This document shows, piece after piece, positions 21,455 to 38,324 of a stretch of 38,324 nucleotides of DNA. Within the stretch, counting starts at the first letter, position 1, and each line of letters starts with the position of its first letter. Position numbers and translations under genes: made by a program. The DNA comes from Macrostomum lignano. Its lineage: Eukaryota. The stretch spans positions 1-38,324 of the forward strand of contig NIVC01004679.1 of the NCBI GenBank assembly GCA_002269645.1, written 5' to 3'. Under the pieces are notes generated by a model. That model saw only the letters and a list, made by a program, of their open reading frames with translations, was not told where the DNA came from and did no database searches.

Positions 21455-21830
21455 GGTTTAGTTCATTTCAGTTTAGTTTAGTTAAGTTTAGTTTAGTTTA
21501 TTTCAGTTCAGTTCAGTTTAGTTTAGCTTCTTGTGTCTTCCTGTGTCTTAAATTAATTTAGTTTAGTCTTGATCTAGTCTGGTTTAGTTCACTTTAGTTT
21601 AGTTTAGTTCAGTTCAATTTAGTTTAGTTTAGTTTGGTTTAGTTTGGTTTAGTTTAGTTTAGTTCAGTTCAGTTTAGTTTAGTTCAGTTCAGTTTAGTTC
21701 AGTTCAGTTTAGTTTAGTTCAGTTTAGTTTAGTTTAGTTCAGTTCAGTTTATTTTAGTTCAGTTTAGTTTAGTTTAGTTCAGTTCAGTTTAGTTCAGTTC
21801 AGTTCAGTTTAGTTCAGTTTAGCTCAGCCA
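21455..21830. repeat. (TTTAG/TTCAG)n pentanucleotide microsatellite
   Basis: Directly visible. Confidence 0.95.
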
Positions 21831-22018
21831 GCTTCTGGCACAGCAAGCAATGAGCCAATCAAATTGCTGGTGATCACAGTCGCAGTTGGCATTGGGTGGA
21901 GTTAATTCAAGAATTCTATCCGTCCTTTGGGTAATAAACTACGCAATAAAACCCCAACAGAAGCCTTCTGTAAGGGTCAGAGTCCACTGAATGATATACC
22001 AGCTATTAAGCAGAAGCC

Positions 22019-23778
22019 ATGCCAGCTAAGAAACATCTGAGCACTGAAGTGGCAGCAGCCATACTGTTCTTCGCCAGTTTCTTCGGAGGACAGACTGAAG
22101 GTGAGCTCATGCGAAGGGCTGGAGCAGCGGTAGGGAACAGCGGGAGGGAACAGCGGTAAGGAACAGCGGGAGGGAACAGCGGGAGGGAACAGCGGGAGGG
22201 AACAGCGGGTGGGAACAGCGGGAGGGAACAGCGGGAGGGAACAGCGGGAGGGAACAGCGGGAGGGAACAGCGGGAGGGAACAGCGGGAGGGAACAGCGGG
22301 AGGGAACAGCGGGAGGAAACAGCGGGAGGGAACAGCGGGAGGGAACAGCGGGAGGGAACAGCGGGAGGGAACAGCGGGAGGGAACAGCGGGAGGGAACAG
22401 CGGGAGGGAACAGCCGGAGGGAACAGCGCGAGGGAACAGCGCGAGGGAACAGCGGGAGGGAACAGCGGGAGGGAACAGCGGGAGGGAACAGCGGGAGGGA
22501 ACAGTGGGAGGGAACAGTGGGAGGGAACAGCGGGAGGGAACAGCGGGAGGGAACAGCGGGAGGGAACAGCGGGAGGGAACAGCCGGAGGGAACAGCGGGA
22601 GGGAACAGCGGGAGGGAACAGCGGGAGGGAACAGCGGGAGGGAACAGCCGGAGGGAACAGCGGGAGGGAACAGCGGGAGGGAACAGCAGGAGGGAACAGC
22701 GGGAGGGAACAGCGGGAGGGAACAGCGGGAGGGAACAGCGGGAGGGAACAGCAGGAGGGAACAGCGGGAGGGAACAGCGGGAGGGAACAGTGGGAGGGAA
22801 CAGTGGGAGGGAACAGCGGGAGGGAACAGCGGGAGGGAACAGCGGGAAAGCAGATGCAACAGCAAAAAGCATATGGAAACAGCCATGCATGAAAAACCGA
22901 AAGCAATTTCAGCACCGAGAAGCTGCCTCAACTTGTAGCAGAAAATTTTCTAATTACTGAACTTTCATCTGTTTTAATGCATTTATTTGGTCTGAGCCGT
23001 GTCCAGAAATGATGGCATGCAAATTTCGCGATCGACCCTCGTCTCGGGCCAAATAGTTTTGGAGTGGCCATCAAGTTCACTGTGTCCTTGTCACTGGGCA
23101 GGCAGGAATTTCAGCCTCTGTAATTAAACCAAACACACTCGCCTCTTCATCTGTCGCAAGAGGTGTTTTGATGGCAGCATCCCGCAGATCGTTCAGGTTT
23201 TCTGTCCAGGCTCTGTTTCTAGGGCTCCTTGGATTAGCTGAGCCAAAATGCAGCCATAGAACCGCGTCCGCGCATATCCCTACCGCACTACTAGTTTGTC
23301 AGTAGAAATATCAGTAGACATGTCAGTAGAAATATCAGTAGACATGTCAGTAGAAATATCAGTAGACATGTCAGTAGAAATATCAGGAGAAGTGTGAGTA
23401 AAAATGTCAGTAGAAGTGTCAGTAGACATTTTAGCAGAAATGTCAGTACAAATGTCAGCAGAGATGCCGGAACTCGCCCCGCAGAGGCCGCTGTGCAGTC
23501 ACTGGTGGTGTGCGAGAAGTCAGCGGCTGAGCTGAGCTGCCTGGCGGGCGCCATCCAGACGGAGTTCGCCATGTTCGGCAAGTCGGACGAGTTCAGCACG
23601 GCCTGCACCAGGACAACCAGCAGCCTGAACAACTGCTGGAGCCCGAACTCCCTGAGCTTCGTGCGGGCGCAGTGCGACGCTCGGCAGAGCTGCAGCTTCG
23701 TGGCCAGCAACGACAACTTCGGCGGCGACCCGTGCCCTGGCAACTACAAGTACCTGTTCGCCAACTACACCTGCCAAG
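22019..23778 (+). CDS. Secreted SUEL-type (Gal/rhamnose-binding) lectin: signal-peptide exon 22019-22100 plus SUEL exon 23485-23778; 3' exon(s) not identified
   Basis: Exon 1 MPAKKHLSTEVAAAILFFASFFGGQTE G|gtgagc has a basic n-region and hydrophobic core, phase 1. Exon 2 is 294 nt, phase 1-1: VCEKSAAELSC..GAIQTEFAMFGK..C......CWSPNSLSFVRAQCDARQSCSFVASNDNFGGDPCPGNYKYLFANYTC, the classic SUEL FG-DPC-G--KYL---Y-C signature. The SUEL exon is well supported; its link to exon 1 is inferred. Confidence 0.75.
22130..22848. repeat. 13-bp minisatellite (gggagggaacagc) in SUEL gene intron 1
   Basis: About 55 copies; explains six overlapping artefact ORFs. Confidence 0.95.
23295..23462. repeat. 12-bp minisatellite (gtcagtaga(a/c)at) upstream of the SUEL exon; inverted counterpart at ~27690-27835
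   Basis: Tandem copies are visible at both SUEL copies. Confidence 0.9.
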
Positions 23779-24029
23779 GTGAGGCAGCAGCTTGATTGAT
23801 TGACAGGAGGTGAATCACTCGGACAGGTTTGTCATCCGGTAAGTTCCGCTTCACTGCCAGCTTCTGCCCGGTGCCTTTTGAGCAGAAATGAAAATACATG
23901 AGCAGATTTAGTTGGAACTTTTACTTCGAAACTGAATGCTCTTTGAATTCCTCATTTCCTCATTCGAATATTAAATACCTCATTTTTAATACGAGCGTGT
24001 TTGAGAAAGCCATAGCGCTAATTGTCATT

Positions 24030-24330
24030 CCATAGCTTCACAATGACTGTCACCCATCACCTCAGCTTCACAATGACTGTCACCCATCACCTCAGCTTGA
24101 CAATGACTGTCACTCATCACCTCAGCTTGACAATGACTGTCACTCATCACCTCAGCTTGACAATGACTCTCACTCATCACCTCAGCTTGACAATGACTGT
24201 CACTCATCACCTCAGACTGACAATGACTGTCACTCATCACCTCAGACTGACAATGACTGTCACTCATCACCTCAGCTTGACAATGACTGTCACTCATCAC
24301 CTCAGCTTGACAATGACTGTCACTCATCAT
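24030..24330. repeat. 30-bp minisatellite (cttgacaatgactgtcactcatcacctcag)
   Basis: About 10 copies. Confidence 0.95.
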
Positions 24331-24939
24331 ATCAACATGAGAAGGGGCTCATCTATATTAGTGGATAATTATCATTCTCATGATAATTCTCAGTACAGAA
24401 ATCGACCTGCCCAGCTCAGGTAACAAAAAGATCCCTAACGACTTTCTCGATCAGGTCTGAGTTCGGCAGAGAGGCGGGGCTGAAATGCATCCCCTAAAGA
24501 AAGGGTAAAATATCCCCAAGCCGCTGAATTTTGAATGACAGCTCAGGATCGAAAACAGCAGGCTCAGCCTTATGCTTCCCGCGGCAGCGCCGGAGGGCGG
24601 GAGAGACAAACAAGACAGCCGCGTCTGCGGGAAGACAGCACGGGAAGACTCGAGAGTACGGGAAAAGCGCGCTAAAACTCCAGGCAAAGAAGAGGGTGGG
24701 ACAACTTCCCTCAGCCGATATCTTGCTGCTTCTTCTCCCCCCCGTCTCTACTGTGGCTCTCGTCTCCGGCGCGCCTCCCCGCTGGCAGCCAATGAGGGGC
24801 TGAGCAGGGAGGCTCAAAAACACAGCCAGCAACTGGCCGGGCCGGCCACTGCCTGCCTCCGGCTCGCTAATTGCGGCGGCGGATGAAGATAAGCAAGAAT
24901 TGATTGAGGCCGCGCCAACTGCTAATTTGGACCGGCGCC

Positions 24940-35857
<10,918 letters not shown>

Positions 35858-38324
35858 CGCAACCTGCCCGCACAACGCCAGCCAGAGCTCAGGCCGCTGC
35901 CATGGAGAACTGGCTATTTGCTATTTGCTATTTAAATTCGACCCTGTAATAACTAATGTCCGAATTCAGCAGAATTTTCATTCATATCTAACCGAAGACT
36001 GCGTCAGCTTGATCATTACTCCAGAAGCACTGCCAAAACTAGTTTTGAGAATCACGGAGATTCTAAGTAGAACTCGAACTGCTTCTCCGGAATGTGCAGA
36101 GTTGATCAGCGCAATGCAATGGTCCACTCTTGAAGGCACCGCATGCAACCTTGCATTGGCAAACAGGGACCGGAGCCCTGCAGAGTTGTGCCTGCATGCG
36201 GTTTTGGTCTGCACTTTTCCTGTGGGTCCACGCCACCAGGTCCATTGAGTTCGCACTGTTTGCAAAGCTTTGCACAGAATTCCAGCTTAGAAGTCTTGGA
36301 ATGAAAGCCAAGTAAAACTTTTCAGAGCCAGATTTCAGCGCATTACCAGACTCGCTCCGCACAGCACTTATGTTCCTGCTCTCACGCCACCGCTGCAGAC
36401 TCAGTGCGGACTGTGCCGGTAAGAGAATTGTTAATAGTTCAGAGGACGGACTTGATATCCACGCGTTTCAGTCGCGCGTTGCCACGATCTCGTAACCATA
36501 GGGTCGTCGAGAAATGCTGCACCCACAAAGGAATTAACAAAGAAAAGTTCTTGTGCGTGCACTTTTACTTTTATGGCAATATTTCTCACCAACGACAGCC
36601 CCCTTAGCATCAAGAGCTCTGAAATATTAATAGTTGAAGTGCATGTACAAAAGAACATTCATTCGTTGATTCCCTTGTTGGTGCAGCATTTCTCTATACT
36701 GCATACTCGACCGGTTTTTTTATTTATTGCACTTTTAAAGCGAACTTATCCAAACTAAATACGTCGTAAATAATTAACTTCCCATATTTTGCACCTGTGT
36801 GTACTTCGGCGATGGACTGCGCGGCAGCGACCGAGGCCCCCCTGCCGCTCTCTGTCTCCTTTTAGGCTACACCTACCACTGGCTGTCCATTCCGATTAAA
36901 AAAAAACTCAAACAAGAAAATTTGTTTTAAGAGTCAAATAAACGGATTTGTCTTTGCTTTAATTTCTTTGAAACCCAAGAGAAAATCTCAGTAGAGCAGG
37001 TTGCACAGGGAGGGACAGCCGGGCCTGTTGCTGCTCGAACACCCTCTCGAATACCCTCTCGAGCTGTCTGTCCTTCACAACCCGGCCCGCCTCTCTTCTG
37101 TAGCGCTGCCTCTGTCTCGCGCGGCCCCAGCCGGATGCACAGGATTCGGGAGCAGCCCTCGGGCCACGCGGCCGCTACCTCCGGTGCAAATTACCGCTGC
37201 TGCCCCCCCCCCCTGCCCTCGGATGCCCGCCGTTCAGCAGCTGCTCTGCAGCCGGGAGAGAAGCTCAAACTGGGAGGGAGGTGCCTGGGCGGAACGGCCA
37301 GTCTAAAAGGATTAATAAAACACAAATCTGCTGCCTCGACCGCAGCAGAGTGAGCAGTTTGCTGGGAAGGCAGTGGAGGGGTCAGGGGGGGGGGAGCAGT
37401 GGAGAACGCGGAAGCCGCCCGCTTCCCCTTCCTTCTCAACTGCGAAAGCTGAGGAAGCGGGGATGAGATTCCCCTTCCGCTGCGGAATCGCGAGAATTTC
37501 CGCCTGCTGCCGCTTCGATCACCATGCGATTTTCTTCCACCAGCTGCGCTATCCATCCTACTTGTCAGTAGGCTGCATTAATGATGTAGCCGTGCTTTTA
37601 TTTCACTTTGCCCACTCAGTAGCCGAGCAGACGACTTCATGGACAGCTGAAGTAGAAGCCATGCACATTATTTTCTTAGAAACGCATAGCGCTAAAAGCG
37701 GTTTCACCATAGACAAATTCTGTCAATTGCTATCACTATGAAGTTCCATTTGCAAAGTTTCCAATTTCACCAGAACGCAGTTGTTTGGTTAATAGATAAC
37801 ATGATGACTGACGCAACAATATCGTAACTACACGGGCCTCGGGCCTGTTCTGAGCCCAAACCTGTGTTGCATTAAAATTACTCAGACTAAAGCACAGCTA
37901 ATTCGGTAGATAGATAGTCGTTAAACCTGGCTAATATAAGATAAGCATTCGGCTAACTCTAACTCGACTGGGGTGTCTGCCGGTCTGCAAGAGAGTCTCC
38001 AATTTCTGCCTGAAGAAGTGTTTGGACCAATCTCTTAGCCATGTTCTTGAATGTAGCTGGGTGGCTCTGGGCTGCGGCCCGCGCACTTCACCGGATAAGA
38101 CGAGCATCGCGAGTGCAATTGCGAGCTGAAAACAGTTTGAGTCAGGCTGCACTTCCTGCTTCCGCGAGACCTCTTCCTACCCGCCCACCGATGCCGCCCC
38201 AGCCCCAGTGGCCTGCCGCCATCGCTTGATTGTTGCCAACCCCAACTGCGCGCTCATGAATTCGAGTGCACTACGCAACACACTGCCGCCCCCTCGCGCT
38301 GAGGTAGGTTTCTGTCCGAGCCAA

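Noticed and set aside
21830-21905. Peptide EPIKLLVITVA resembling the N-terminus of lysyl hydroxylases (PLOD)
   Set aside because: It is only eight residues, is followed by a stop, and no further PLOD exons are present.
23294-23834. 8-bp direct repeat gtttgtca flanking the first SUEL exon region
   Set aside because: It overlaps the 12-bp repeat unit, and this copy has a plausible signal-peptide exon, so it is probably the source locus and the match is chance.
38092-38152. Hydrophobic stretch FQLAIALAMLVLSG with a phase-1 GT on the - strand
   Set aside because: There is no upstream in-frame ATG (the ORF starts at GTG after a stop) and no downstream partner exon was identified.

Overview
This is eukaryotic (animal) genomic DNA with spliced GT-AG genes, mostly GC-rich exons, and introns filled with locus-specific minisatellites. 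The style suggests a free-living flatworm such as Macrostomum; that is an inference, not checked. Contents in order: (1) the 5' part of an alpha-actinin gene (- strand, ATG 9445, runs off the left edge) with two alternative 79-nt CH2 exons; (2) head-to-head, a complete 9-exon vasohibin (tubulin detyrosinase) gene (+, 9803-12722); (3) a cluster of lectin modules at 13.9-27.7 kb: one intact F-type lectin exon, an inverted F-type pseudogene, a PAN-like exon plus truncated F-type exon, and a secreted SUEL-lectin gene whose SUEL exon has an inverted near-identical copy inserted into a minisatellite; (4) a synaptotagmin-like tandem-C2 gene (+, ~24.9-35.9 kb) with a 78-bp insertion flanked by an 18-bp direct repeat and two 1-bp frameshifts; (5) a TIR-bounded element and about 20 tandem repeats. 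Most long ORFs in the supplied track are repeat artefacts. The most unusual signals are minisatellites built from amplified splice junctions, the apparently recent exon-cassette insertion, and the candidate mutually exclusive actinin exons. All exon models, counts and identities were derived by hand and have no transcript support.
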